Assembly: GCF_006345805.1 (NCBI RefSeq)
Contig: NC_043024.1
Coordinates: 16,554,001 to 16,618,000 of the forward strand
Length of the DNA: 64,000 bases
Origin: Octopus sinensis
Taxonomy: Eukaryota
Direction of reading: 5' to 3'
The position numbers and the translations under genes were made by a program. A model generated the notes under the pieces. That model did no database searches. It was not told the DNA's origin and was given only the letters and a program-made list of their open reading frames with translations. Below, piece after piece: positions 47,597-60,459 of the stretch (within the stretch, counting starts at the first letter, position 1; the number at the start of each line of letters is the position of its first letter).

Positions 47597-50132
47597 ATGT
47601 CAAGTAAAAGTTTGTCATCACCTGCAACTGAAAGAAAGCATGCAAGCAGCAGTGAAGTCAATGACAGGGCACAAAGCATGAGTGCTCTGTTCAGCAGTAA
47701 TCAACCCACTGTCGACACTTTTGGTGCAGATGATGATCAAGGTGGTCAAGAACTTCGAGAAAAGAGAAAGCAGAAACAGGAAACAGGGGGCAAGATTAGT
47801 GATTTCAAAGAATACAGCGACCTGACAAACTGGCCCGAAACAATTGATAAGGGTTTTACACAAAACTGTTTAACGCAAGACAGCAGTTTTTTTTTCAAAA
47901 TAAAAAAAAAACCCAGATAATGTATATATTGAATCTAACAGCAAAATCGAAGTTTCTCAAACAAGTACTATTTTGGTGTGCTAAAACGAGTTGTAGTAGT
48001 TACAAAGTTTTGAAGTGACAGAGGTTTAGCATTTAAAGGTCACGAGAAAAAGTGGGGCTCCCCAAACAATGGAAATTTCATGAGGGCCATTGAGCTTATT
48101 GCAGAGTTTGACCCATTTTTACATGAACATTTAGAGAAATGTAAAAATGAAAAAATAAATATTACCTACCTATCCAAATCCATGTATGAAGAATTGATTG
48201 AAATTATGGGAAAACAGGAAAGATGAAGTGGTGACTCAGATCAACAACCTAGACATCAAATACTACTCAATTATTGTTGACTCTACACCTGATGTGACAC
48301 ATGTTGACCAGCTGGTAATTGTGGTTCGATACTGTTATAATGGAAAACCCTGCGATAGATTTTTGCCAATAGAAAACCATTCATCCATGACCTTGTTCAA
48401 CAAAATAACACAGTTACTGAGGGAGCATAAGTTTGCATTTGAAAATATCCATGGTCAGTTGTATGATAATGCTTCCAACATGAAGGGCTTGGAGAAAGGG
48501 CTGCAAGCACTTCTTAAAAACATTAACAGTTATGCAGACTATGTCCTATGTGGAAGCCATTCACTCAACCTTGTTTTGTAAAAGGCAGTGTCTACGGTAC
48601 CTGAAGTTGTTGACTATTTTGACATCTTGCAGCAGCTGTATGCTTTCTTTTCTGAATCTCCTCGAAGATGGGGGATTTTAAACACACAGGGTAATCTAGC
48701 CTTTTCTCTAAAGAGATTACGTGTAACTAGATGGTCTGCACAATCTGGGCAATTAAAAATGAAGCAGTCCAGCAATTAAAAATGGATATAGGGATATTTT
48801 ACAAACTCTCAAACTTATGTTTGAAAACTCAGAAGAGATGCAAAGACTTTATACCACAAGTTGGTAAAATTGGAATATGCTGCTTTAACAGTCATTTGGG
48901 AAGAAGTTATAGAGCATTTTAACAAAACATTTAAGAAACTCCAAACACCTGGTTCTGGTGTATTTTGAAGGTTACCTTCTGCTAGTGTCTTTGCTTTCAT
49001 TTGTTAAAGAACTACAAGAAAATCCAGCTGACAGGATTGCACACTATGAATCAGTAGCAAAAGGTTTGTGAATAAATCACCTCAAATTATTCTGATGTTT
49101 CCAAACGCATTGTTACAAAGAAATTTGCAGATGGAACAAGTGATAAAGATTCTTTGAAAGGGGTTTAAAAATTTAGTACAGAAGTTCTAAATCAAGTCTA
49201 TGACTGCTTGAATAATTCATTTGAGCAAGCGGATGGTCCACATGAGCAGATTGCAAAAAGGTACAAGAGTCTCTCAGAATTAATGAACAATTCAGAATTT
49301 GATGAAGACAGTATCAAACTTATGATATCGCATTACAAAGACAATATTGACCACAAATTAATAAATGAGTGTTATCAGGTGCAGGAGTGGCTGTGTGGTA
49401 AGTAGCTTGCTAACCAACCTCATGGTTCCGGGTTCAGTCCCACTGCGTGGCACCTTGGGCAAGTGTCTTCTGCTATAGCCTTGGGCCGACCAATGCTTTG
49501 TGAGTGGATTTGGTAGACGGAAACTGAAAGAAGCCTGTCGTATATATGTATATATATATATGTGTGTGTTTGTGTGTCTGTGTTTGTCCCCCTAGCATTG
49601 CTTGACAACCGATGCTGGTGTGTTTACGTCCCCGTCACTTAGCGGTTCGGCAAAAGAGTCCGATAGAATAAGTACTGGGCTTACAAAGAATAAGTTCCGG
49701 GGTCAATTTGCTCGACTAAAAAAGGCAGTGCTCCAGCATGGCCGCAGTCAAATGACTGAAACAAGTAAAAGAGTAAAAAAGAAAAGAGTTCAAAGAGTAT
49801 TTACACCTTAGGAAATCCTAAAACACAGAAGAAAACACACCGTCTACAATGCAATGCACAGAAGTTCTTCAGCTTATTTATGAGCTCAATTAATTGTAGT
49901 GTCCCCTAATATTACCACTGCACATAAGCTGTACTTGACAATGCCTATCATGAGCTGTGAAGCAGAAAGGAGTTGCTCAAAGCTTTCTTTTGTAAAGAAT
50001 GAATTTCGGTCTACCATGACTGAAGAGCACTTAAATTCCTTATGCATTTTGTCTCTAGAAAACGACATTGCAAGGAAGCCGTCATGTGACAAAACTGTTG
50101 CTAAAAAAAACAGAAAAAGAAGTATTTTGTAA
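47597..50132 (+). pseudogene. hAT transposase pseudogene
   Basis: LAFKGH..NNGNF..I.LIAEFDP.L, YYSIIVDSTPDVTHVDQL, GQLYDNASNMKG, CGSHSLNLV, TRWSA, LTMPIMSCEAERSCSKL..VKNEFRSTM (hATC dimerisation region); many stops and frameshifts. Confidence 0.92.
49378..49788 (+). mobile_element. SINE family A inserted in the hAT transposase frame
   Basis: Interrupts ...ECYQ|FKEYL...; CpG-rich near-consensus copy. Confidence 0.92.
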
Positions 50133-50381
50133 TTTTCATTTGTATCTTAATGATGCATCGTGTATGTATATAACGCTCCCCTAATTTTCAACCCCCATAA
50201 CTCTAAAAGCATAAGGCATAGCCTGGAAAATATTTGTAGTGATCTGCTATGGAACAACCACATTGACAAAGATATCAGTGATTACCCACACCTCGTTTCT
50301 GGTGGAAAGAGGGCTCACTTTCAGATGCATTTTTAAGGACTGCACATCACAACTCCACCATTTGGGCTATCAGGGCCTTAA

Positions 50382-51456
50382 CCCTTTCGTTACCAAACCG
50401 CCCGAAAAAAAGTTTGGTTAATGTGACCAAACCGCCTAAAGCCGCCCGAATTTACCTATTCATATTTAAATGAGAATATCAGAGCAAATCTCTTTAGTAC
50501 ATTCGTGAAAATATGTATTATACTTCATAAAGAGTTCAACTACAGTTTTGTACAAAAATCGAAGTGTAATTTTAATTCCGTGAATTTTGGGAGATTTTTT
50601 TCCGAAATTTGTTCCTATTGTGTTTTCAAAATTTGTAATTCTGACAAAAAATGGATACGAATTTCATTATATCAAGCAGCGAGTCAGAATTCGAAGGATT
50701 TTCTGCTGAAGACCTTCATAAATCTAACTCACTGACTGAAAAAAAAAAGCACGTGGTATTTGATAATGAATCTGATGTTTCATTTTCCAAAAGTGAAAAC
50801 AGTGAATCTGAGAGCTCCGACAGCGATAAAGAAAATGAATTGGCACCTGAATGGAGTGAAAATTTAAAAACTGTTTCTTTCAGTGATTTTTCTGAAGAAA
50901 CTGGACCAAGACACAGACTTTCCCAGGAGAGTAAAGCCTTAGACTATTTCTTTTTACTTTTTCGAATGAGCCTATTTGAAATCATTACGGCGGAAACGAA
51001 CCGTTACGCTAAATGTAAACAAAACGAATGAAAGGATAGTTAGTGGTTTCCCATAACCTTAAATGAAATTAAGACTATTTTGCCATAAATATTATTATGG
51101 GTATCAGAAAGTTACCCAGAATAACAAATTCTATCGTAAAATTTTGTTGTATACCCAATTGAATATTAGCTAATAACCCATTTTCTATAGCGATGTTTGA
51201 ACAAAATTTTAATAATTTTATATTTTGTTGAATTTACCTTATCTACCTGCAATTAGAGTCACTTTGTGACAAAAATTATAGTATAGAATTGGTTGAGAAC
51301 ATTTCATTAAATTATCTTCCAAAAATCAGATTAATATATTGATAAATAAAAAAGTTATAGTTGTTTAATGAAACCAGACTAAATTTATGATTATGTTAGA
51401 AATTAATTGAAACACATAAGGGGTGTATTTTGGTCAGAAATAAAGTAACGAAAGGG
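50382..51456 (+). mobile_element. internally deleted piggyBac element nested in hAT
   Basis: TTAA TSDs at 50378-50381 and 51457-51460; perfect 12-bp TIR CCCTTTCGTTAC; ORF 50651-51031 has an acidic N-terminus and ALDYFFLLF..LFEIITAETNRYA, followed by W.PITLNEI and IIMGI.KLP remnants. Confidence 0.93.
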
Positions 51457-51959
51457 TTAAGCTAGGATTCCTTGCAAGGGCACAAAAATTCTTTGACCCT
51501 TGTTGGATGTTACCCTATTGCTGCTGGTTGTAAAGTGGTGGGGGCATAACATTTTAAGCTTCAAGGCCTCAATATTGTAGATCTGCCACTATATATATAT
51601 TTAATATATATAAATGTATTTATTATATTAAGCAAGTCAGGAGGCTTGAGATGAATATATTCATTTCACCTGATGGAAATCAACTGATGACATCAATATA
51701 TTCTTCTCATACCTCTTTACTTCCTTTATATTCTATATACTCCACATGAAATAATCATTAATAATTGGATTTTCTGGACTTCAGCTACATCGGTCTCTAC
51801 ATTAAACCCCTTTGTATTAGTTTACTATGGGGTTTTGGCCTAGTCTACTAAAGGAGCTTTTTTATCAATGCCACCAGATTAGTTAAATCCATATAATGTG
51901 CAATAGATTTCTATGTATTTATTATCATCATCATCTGACATCAATTTTTTGCTTGCTTT

Positions 51960-52587
51960 GACCTTTCCTCATTCAGACTATTCTGTCAAATGTAACATTT
52001 ATTAACTCATATAGTTTTGAATTAAACATGCATTATCATGCAGCTTCAAGATTTCAATGATGCGATTGTTTATTTATAAGAATGACATTATAAGTTCAGT
52101 GTGAGCAGGGCCAGATTAAGACCCATCAAGGCTCTAAGCGCTTAAAAGATTTTGGTGCCCCCCATAAAAAATTATGTAATTCAAAATACAAACACTAACA
52201 AACCATAGAATAAAATTTAATTTTTCAAAACAAAACAAAACAGTAAGAGGGAAAATAATGTTTTCCTTGTATACATCCACTTTATTTATATTTTTGAATT
52301 GCTAAGGGTGATCAAATTCTCAAAATTAGGTAACACATCTGCATCTATATTTAGTAGAGATAAATGCATTCTGAATATTATTTCAGCAAGTTTGAAGTGA
52401 TTTCTTTTGTACCATAAACCATTTACCATTTCTGTGGTATCCCCCTCCTTCCCTTGATACCCTAAGCATGGGCTTATTTTACTTAATGGTTAATCCAGCA
52501 CTGGGTGTGAGAGGCTGGATCTAGCCAATTTGAACATAAAACAAGTATAATATTTTGCCGGATATAGTTGGTTTAAATACTAAAGGA
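51960..52587. mobile_element. MITE P1 interrupted by a hAT-type MITE
   Basis: P1 sequence on both sides of 52106-52503; TTAA at 52588-52591. Confidence 0.75.
52106..52503. mobile_element. hAT-type MITE
   Basis: TIRs CAGGGCCAGATTAA and TTAATCCAGCACTG; 8-bp TSD AGTGTGAG / GGTGTGAG. Confidence 0.8.
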
Positions 52588-52811
52588 TTAAGGGAATCGG
52601 ACTAGAATTTGTTGAGGCTGATTTTCTACAGCTGAATGCCCTTTCTGTTGCCAACTCTGTCCTTTTTTTCAAGCAAAGTAATATTTTCTGTTATGCTAGC
52701 TAGACATGTTTTCATAAAAGACTGGAAATGAGCAACATCACTCATATGAGAGAAATGCTCATTTACAAACAACATATAATGTCAAGATAAGGGTAAACAC
52801 ACATTCACAAA

Positions 52812-53545
52812 CGTTTGGAGGGAACCTGTGAAAAGGGTAGACCCAGGAAGACATGGGATGAGGTGGTGAAGCATGATCTTTGAACGTTGGGCTTCATGGA
52901 GGCAAGTGAACACATAGTAAGACGGCAAACTAGCAGAAATGTTAGCACGCAGGGCGAAATGCTTACTGGTATTTCGTCTACCATTACATTCTGAGTTCAA
53001 ATTCCACCGAGGTCGACTTTGCCTTTCATCCTTTTGGAGTCGATAAATTAAGTACCAGTTGCGCACTGGGGTTGATGTAATCGACTTACACCCTTTGTCT
53101 GCCCTTGTTTGTCCCCTCTATGTTTAGCCCCTTATGGGCAATAAAGAAATAAGTGAAATCATAGTCATGGCTGATGCCAGTGTCACATTACAAGCACCCA
53201 TGCTGGTGGCACGTAAAAAGCAGCCTTCAAATGCTGGACCTCACGGAGGCAATGATAAGTGACCGAGACCTCTGGTGATGTGCAGGGCTTGAGAAGACCC
53301 ATCAAGCCAAGTGAAACCATAGTTGTAGCTGATGTTGGTGTCATGTAAGTGGAACCCATACCAGTGACATGTAAAATGCACTCATTACACATTTTTGGAG
53401 TGGTTGGTGTTAGGAAGGGCATCCAGCTGTAAAAACGTTGCCAGGTCAGATTGGAATCTGGTGCAGTTATCCAGCTTACCAATTTCAGTCAAACCATCTA
53501 ACCCATGCCAGCATAGAAAGCAGACACTAAATGATGATGATGATC
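52812..53545 (+). mobile_element. RTE 3' fragment interrupted by SINE B (52919-53150)
   Basis: EGTCEKGRPRKTWDEVVKHDL remnant, 3' UTR and (GAT)n tail; SINE TSD AAGTGAACACATAGT / AAGTGAAATCATAGT. Confidence 0.85.
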
Positions 53546-53559
53546 ACACACACACACAC

Positions 53560-53885
53560 GACTCAGTGGTTAGAGAGTTGGGCTCACAATCATGAAGTTG
53601 TGTGTTCAATTTCTGGACCAGGCTGTGTGTTGTGTTCTTGAGCAAGACACTTTATTTCACATTGCTCCAGTTCACTCAGCTGTAGAAATGAGTTGCAACA
53701 TCACAGGTGCCAAACTGTATCAGCCTCTTTGCCTTTCCCTTGGATAACATCAGTGGCATGAAGAGGAGAGGTTGGTATGCATGGGCAACTGCTGGTCTTC
53801 CACAAACAGCCTTCCCCAGATTTGTGCCTTGGAGAGGAACTTTCTAGATGCAATCCCATGGTCATGCATGACCAAAGGCAGGTTT
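53560..53885 (+). mobile_element. SINE family C
   Basis: Homologous to the copies at 11572 and 45710. Confidence 0.85.
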
Positions 53886-54007
53886 TATCATATATACTCC
53901 TGAACCAGTTATGTATCCCACATGTGAGGGATCGATGCTAGGTGGGTCGAAATAATTGTAGTGATTTATAAAAATTCTTGTATCTTCCATCTTCCATCAC
54001 TCATTTA

Positions 54008-54051
<44 letters not shown>

Positions 54052-54076
54052 TCACTCACACACACACATATATATA

Positions 54077-54465
54077 TGGCTGTGGTAAGTAGCTTGCTTA
54101 CCAACCACATGGTTCCGGGTTCAGTCCCACTGCATTACACTTTGGGCAAGTGTCTTCAACTGTAGCCTCAGGCCGACCAAAGCCTTGTGAGTGGATTTGG
54201 TAGATGGAAACTGAAAGAAGCTTGTCGTATATGCGTGTGTGTGTGTGCATGTTTGTGTGTCTGTGTTTGTACCCCCACCATCTCTTGACAGCCGATGTTG
54301 ATGCCTTTATATCCCCATAAACTTAGCAGTTCAGCCAAAAGTGACCGATAGCATAAGTACTAGGCTTACAAAGAATAAGTCCTGGTGTCAATTTGTTCGA
54401 CTAAAGGCGGTGCTCCAGCATGGCCGCAGTCAAATGACTGAAACAAATAAAAGCATAAAAGAATG
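54077..54465 (+). mobile_element. SINE family A
   Basis: Near full-length copy. Confidence 0.9.
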
Positions 54466-54478
54466 TATATATGCACAT

Positions 54479-54521
<43 letters not shown>

Positions 54522-55582
54522 CAATCATGTACATATGTTATACTTCATGTGATTCCTTTCATATGCAGTTTTTCTTCACTTCATCGTATGTATATACTGA
54601 CATTGCACATCAGGTGGAGTATGGTTGCCTTATTTCCTCCATTCACAGCCCCTCTGTATTCAAGGCCCTTGTATTACTACTGCAGGTCATACACAGGCTT
54701 CATACAGTTTCCCTTTCACTGAGAGAGAAACCTTTTGGTACCAGCAGAAGAAATGGTTTCCTTTACATTCTCCAACCTGTTCATCTTCACTTACGATGCT
54801 TTCGGAATATTTTCCTCCATTGCTAATTAGGCCACCTAGGGAGAAAAAGCTATCTACTACCTCCAGGGACCCCTGGAGATTTCACAGAACCTATTTCCTG
54901 TGCACATTTAGTGTTTATTGCTCCTGTGCATCTGATTCATGCAAAGTTTGCTTTCACTATTAATGTGCTTGGGAATGCATTGCACCTCGTGTATATATAT
55001 GCATTTGCACCCGTGTATGTGTGTATATGTATATTTATGTGTATGTGTGTGTGTATATGTGTTTGTGTGTACATTCAGTATTACAAAGCCACCACCACCA
55101 CCACCACCAACAACAACAACAATGCATTAAGAACCTAGGGGGTATAATCAAATGCTTACAACTGACTTGATTTCCACTGCAGTACTACTGCACTATCTGC
55201 TGCACTATCCACTGCAGTTCTACTGCTGCAAAATATAAATTGCAGTAGTGTTGTTGATGCTGATGGTGAAGTTGTGATATTGGTGATGGTAGAGGCGATA
55301 TTTTGTTTTTAAACCCCAGATCAGCTCTGATTGAATGAGAAAAAGGCATTCCAGCCATGACCATCCCAACTTCTTTTAAATGCAGGTCTACGGTATACAA
55401 GATGTTTGCTATTCAAGACTGTATAGTTTGAGGGATGTTTGCTGCTATTTCTAGTTAGCTGAGCAATTGTTGCCAGACCCTCACAGTGTGATATTTGTGG
55501 TGGTGGTGGTGTTGGTGGTGGTGGTGGTGGTGGTGGTATTGTTGCTAATGGTTGTACAGAATTTAGTGACGTCATTAGATGC

Positions 55583-55813
55583 TTGTGTGTGTGTGTTTAA
55601 GTCATTACAGGTGTTTGTGTGTGTGTGCGTCTGAGTCAATATGTGTGTTAGTCTGTGTGTGTGTGTATGTATGTTTGCATGAGTGTGTGTGCATCTCTGT
55701 GTGTTGGCTTGTATTTGTGACTGTGTGTGTGTGTGCATGTGTGTGTGCGTGTGTGTGAGTGAGTGTGTGTATGTGTGTGAGTGTGTGCATCTCTGTGTCG
55801 GCTTGTATTTGTG

Positions 55814-55853
<40 letters not shown>

Positions 55854-56027
55854 CGTGTGCATCGTTGTGTCTGTGTGTGTGCATTTTCACATTCAGAAAG
55901 TTAAGAACACAGACACACACATACAAGCAGACACACACACACAACATATGCACACACACACAACATATGCACACACACACATGCACAGACACACACACAT
56001 GCACAGACACACACACACACACATGCA

Positions 56028-56059
<32 letters not shown>

Positions 56060-56275
56060 AAACACAGACACACACAGTCATAAATGCAAGCAAACACACA
56101 CACACACACATACACACACACCCACACAGAGACACACTGACATACAAACACAGACACACAGACACAGACAAGCAGACATTCACAGCTGCAGACACACACA
56201 CACACACACACACACATAAGCACTATACTCTCACAGACACACAGACACTACCATACACAGATACATGCATACAAA
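55583..56275. repeat. (TG)-rich block followed by an inverted (CA)-rich block
   Basis: TG-rich 55583-55882 and CA-rich 55907-56275, sharing a complex non-dinucleotide motif in inverted orientation. Confidence 0.85.
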
Positions 56276-56387
56276 CTCAAGCACATTTCAAACTGCATCA
56301 GTGTGGTGCACGAGATAGATCAGCTGACTTCTGCAGTCAACAACTGGTGCACCTTCTGTAAGTGCAGGTCAATAGCTCTGAAATTGG

Positions 56388-56434
56388 AGTGTGTGTATGT
56401 GTGTAGGTATGTGTGTGTATATATATATAATGTA

Positions 56435-56467
<33 letters not shown>

Positions 56468-56476
56468 ATGTATATA

Positions 56477-56525
<49 letters not shown>

Positions 56526-56609
56526 GTATATATGTATATATATGTATATGTATATATGTATATGTATATATGTATATGTATATATATATATGTATATATA
56601 TATATATGT

Positions 56610-56641
<32 letters not shown>

Positions 56642-56789
56642 GTATGTATATATATATATAATGTATGTATATATATGTTCTGTTGTGTCTGGGGAGAGTC
56701 GTTTTCTTTTTATGCTTTATAATTTAACCAAATCCAAGAATGAAATGTATATATGAATATATATGTATGTAAATTTATATGTGTGTGTG

Positions 56790-56878
<89 letters not shown>

Positions 56879-56994
56879 ATTTATGTATATATATGTGTGT
56901 GGATATATATGTATATGTGTATATATATATATATATATGCATATGTGTTTACATATGTATGTGTATATACATGTATATATATATGTATATATAT
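56388..56994. repeat. (TA/TATG)n microsatellite field
   Basis: Read directly. Confidence 0.95.
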
Positions 56995-58894
56995 AATCAT
57001 CATCATCATCATCGTTTAACGTCCGTTCTCCATGCTAGCATGGGTTGGACAGTTCAACCAGGGATCTGGGAAGTCAGAAGGCTGCACCAGGCTCCAGTCT
57101 TATCTGGCAATGTTTCTACAGCTTGATGCCCTTCCTAACGCCAACCACTCCGTGAGTGTAGTGGGTGCTTTTTACGTGCCACCCGCACAGGTGCCAGGCG
57201 AGGCTGGCAACAGCCACGGTTGGATTGGTGCATTTTACATGCCACCGGCACGGAAGCCAGTCGAGGCGGTGCTGGCATCGGCCACGATTCGGATAGTGCT
57301 TTTTACGTATCTCCAGTCCAGGGGTCCTGGCATCTGCCGGGTGCCAGTCATAGGATTGGTTCAATTTCGATTTCACTTGCCCCAACAGGTCTTCGCAAGC
57401 AAAGGTGCCTGTCGTCGGATGAGGTTCGATATTGACTTCGTTTGCCTCAACAGGTCTTTGTGTGTCCAAGGGAGGAAAGGCATGCATAAGTGGGCTGGGC
57501 TCACTTGTCCTGCCTGGTCTTCTCACGTACAGCATATTTCCAAAGGTCTCGGTCGCTGGTCATTTCCTCAGTGAGGCCTAAAGTTCGAAGGTCGTGCTTC
57601 ACCACCTCGTCCCAGGTTTTCCTGGGTCTACCTCTTCCACGGGTTCCCTAGGGATTGGCACTTTTTCACACACCTATCTTCATCCATTCTCGCCACATGA
57701 CCATACCAGCACAATCGTCTTTCTTGCACACCACAACTGATGTTTCTTAGGTACAACATTTCTCTCAAGGTGCTAACGCTCTGTCGAGTATGTACCCTGA
57801 CATTACACATCCATCGGAGCTTACTGGCTTCATTCCTCGCGAGCTTACGCATGTCCTCAGCAGTCACAGTCCATGTTTCACTGCCATGTAGCATGGCTGT
57901 TCGTACACATGCATCATACAATCTGCCTTTTACTCTGAGCGAGAGGCCTTTAGTCACCAGCAGAGGTAAGAGCTCCCTAAACTTTGCCCAGGCTATTCTT
58001 ACTCTAGCAGTTACACTTTCAACGCACCCACCCCCACTACTAACTTGGTCACCTAGATAACGGAAGCTATCAACTACTTCTAGTTTTTCCCCCTGGAAAG
58101 TGACGGAAGTTGTTTTCTGCAGATTTTCAGAGGTTAATGCTCCCGAGCATCTGCCACATACAAAAACTATCTTCCCAGTTAGCCTTCTTTTGACATTGCT
58201 GCACCTCTTATGTGTCCATAGCTTACACTTGGTACATCTTATAGAGTTTCTACCTACACCTTTTCTACAGATCGAGCAGGGCCATCTTCCTGAAGACATT
58301 TGTGGATTGTCTACCTTTCTACTTATTAGTACTTTGGTTTTAGCTAAGTTGACTCTAAGGGCCCTCGATTCTAAACCCTCCTTCCACACCTGGAACTTCT
58401 CCTCCAGTTCTGATAGTGACTCAGCAATTAGAGCAAGGTCGTCAGCATAGAGGAGCTCCCAGGGGCAACCTGTCTTGAATTCCTCCGTAATTGCCTGGAG
58501 GACTATGATAAATAGGAGGGGGCTGAGTACTGAACCCTGGTGGACCCCAACCTCTACTTTGAATTCTTCTGTGTACATGTTGCCAACCCTAACCTTACTT
58601 ACGGCATCCCTGTACATGGCTTGCACAACCCTCACCAGCCATTCATCTATCCCTAGTTTCCTCATTGACCACCAGATAAGGGATCGGGGGACCCTGTCAA
58701 AGGCTTTCTCCATGTCAACGAAAGCCAGGTACAGGGGCTTATCTTTGGCTAGATATTTCTCCTGCAGCTGCCTTACCAGGAATATAGCATCAGTGGTACT
58801 TTTCCCTGGCACAAACCCAAACTGCATCTCATCTAAACTAACTTTCTCTCTAATTAGTTGGGCTATGACCCCCTCCGTAACCTTCATTACCTGA
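56995..58894 (-). mobile_element. 5'-truncated RTE LINE with a long open RT frame
   Basis: ORF 57628-58923: QFGFVPGKSTTDAIF, FVDMEKAFDRV, GVHQGSVLSPLLF, LYADDL, FRYLG, MLHGSETW; frameshift near 57650; 3' UTR and (CAT)n tail; TA-rich flanks on both sides. Confidence 0.96.
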
Positions 58895-58929
58895 TATGTG
58901 TATATATGTATATATGTATACATATGTAA

Positions 58930-58993
<64 letters not shown>

Positions 58994-59529
58994 GCATGTT
59001 CGGGTACTATTGTAATAATGATAGTAATATAGTGATGATGATGGGGATGGTAGCAGGTAATATGGTGGAATGGTGGGGATGTAGTGCGGTGGTGGTGGTG
59101 GTGGTGATCATAGTGGTGGTGGCAGCAGCGATGACCGTGGTTGTTGTGGTGGTGGTGGTGTGCTAACTATGCTGCTGCAGTGATGGTGATGGTAGTATAG
59201 AACCTCTCCTCCCCCCACCCACCTCTACTGGTTAAATGTGTTACCTTTGCCAGTTTTACTCTCAGTCAGCCCTTGATTCAACAAACCTAAAATCAAAGGT
59301 GTTCCAGCCACGACTATCCTATTTTTTTCCAGACATAATATAACTATGATTACATTATATAATGCGTACTTCCTTTTAAGATGATTGAGTGTGGGGTCTG
59401 AAGGAGATTTAGCTACTATTTCTTGCAGTCTGAGTTTCCACATAGGGTATGATGATTAACCATTTTAGCCTGGCATGTCGAAACTTTTAGTTAGTTTTAT
59501 AACCTTGTTATTGGGTGAAAGCCAGGAAT

Positions 59530-59591
59530 TCTAGTGGTGAGGATTCATGGCTTTTATCCAGGCAGCCTGGGTTCGATTCCTGGCATGGGAA
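59530..59591 (+). pseudogene. tRNA-Glu(TTC)-like pseudogene, 5'-truncated
   Basis: TCTAGTGGTGAGGATTCATGGCTTTTATCCAGGCAGCCTGGGTTCGATTCCTGGCATGGGAA follows the metazoan tRNA-Glu pattern; 5' acceptor strand missing, anticodon loop mutated, CpG decay. Confidence 0.75.
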
Positions 59592-60091
59592 CACAATTAT
59601 TTTGGTGTTAATGATGATGATGATGATGATGTTTGGAGTGTCACATGATCAACCCAAGCTATGTGAGTGAAATTGACAGGAACTGTGTGAAAGCCTATCA
59701 GATGGCCAGTCCAGCCATGACACAGAAGTCCAACCTTGATTTCCACACACACTCACACACACACTTACTGTGTCACACTGACTCTGCCTAAAGATTACAT
59801 TAAGGGTACATTAAGGGTACATTTGTCTGTGGAATACTCAGTCATTGAAATGTTTATTCAATGAACAGGCTGTTCAGTTGGTTGAACAAATGTTGCTTCG
59901 CGTTTGGAATATTCTGAGATCCATTTATATACTTACTTGTGCACCTGTTTTAAATTCTTATAGTTAACCATTTTTAAAACATGATAAAAATATAACAGGA
60001 TAAAAAAAGCTTCTTAATCCTGTAACATCCAGATTACTCTGTCAAACGTAATGCTTATATTTTCACATTATTTTGAATCAACCATGCATTA

Positions 60092-60371
60092 TAAAGTAAA
60101 GTCTAGTTGCCAATGTGAAGTGGCAGTCCTGATTAGGATGGTGTTACTACCTTTTTAGCCCCAGGACCAGTGCCGATGAAGAAAAATAACCCAGAAAGCA
60201 TTGGTCTGCAGGAACCATCTCAGGCTGAGTGGAGATGTTAGCTCCCTTATTTGAGGCATAAGGACGCAGTTTTAGCCTACTGGAAAACATGTTTTCCTGA
60301 GGCTAAAAAAAGGTTGTAATACTGTCCTAATAAGGATTGCCACTTTATGTTGGCAAATGGACTCTACTTTG
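60092..60371. mobile_element. TA-flanked MITE with ~75-bp TIRs
   Basis: 60093-60166 is the reverse complement of 60295-60370; partial second copy at about 61078-61290. Confidence 0.8.
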
Positions 60372-60459
60372 TAGTACTGTTGTTACTCAATTCTCACTCA
60401 GAGATTTAAAGTTGTTTTACTCCTTAAAAGATCAGTAACTGTGTGTCACTTTAAAAGTA

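Larger units (their letters stand above)
46513..51591 (+). mobile_element. hAT DNA transposon (ZMYM1-like/Tip100-type), full span, decayed
   Basis: TIRs CAGTGGCAGATCTAC (46513) and GTAGATCTGCCACTA (ends 51591); subterminal AAGCTTCA[G/A]GGCC at both ends; internal transposase remnants; 8-bp TSD not preserved. Confidence 0.88.

Noticed and set aside
46505-51599. 8-bp TSD for the hAT element
   Set aside because: Flanks CCTATATG and TATATATA do not match; probably eroded by TA-repeat slippage, so no TSD is claimed
55481-57126. Long ORFs of HT, VC and YI dipeptides (also near 43045-43547 and 13491-14287)
   Set aside because: Translations of dinucleotide and trinucleotide microsatellites
59530-59591. 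Functional tRNA gene
   Set aside because: 5' acceptor strand missing, so the stem cannot close, and the anticodon arm is mutated; reported as a pseudogene
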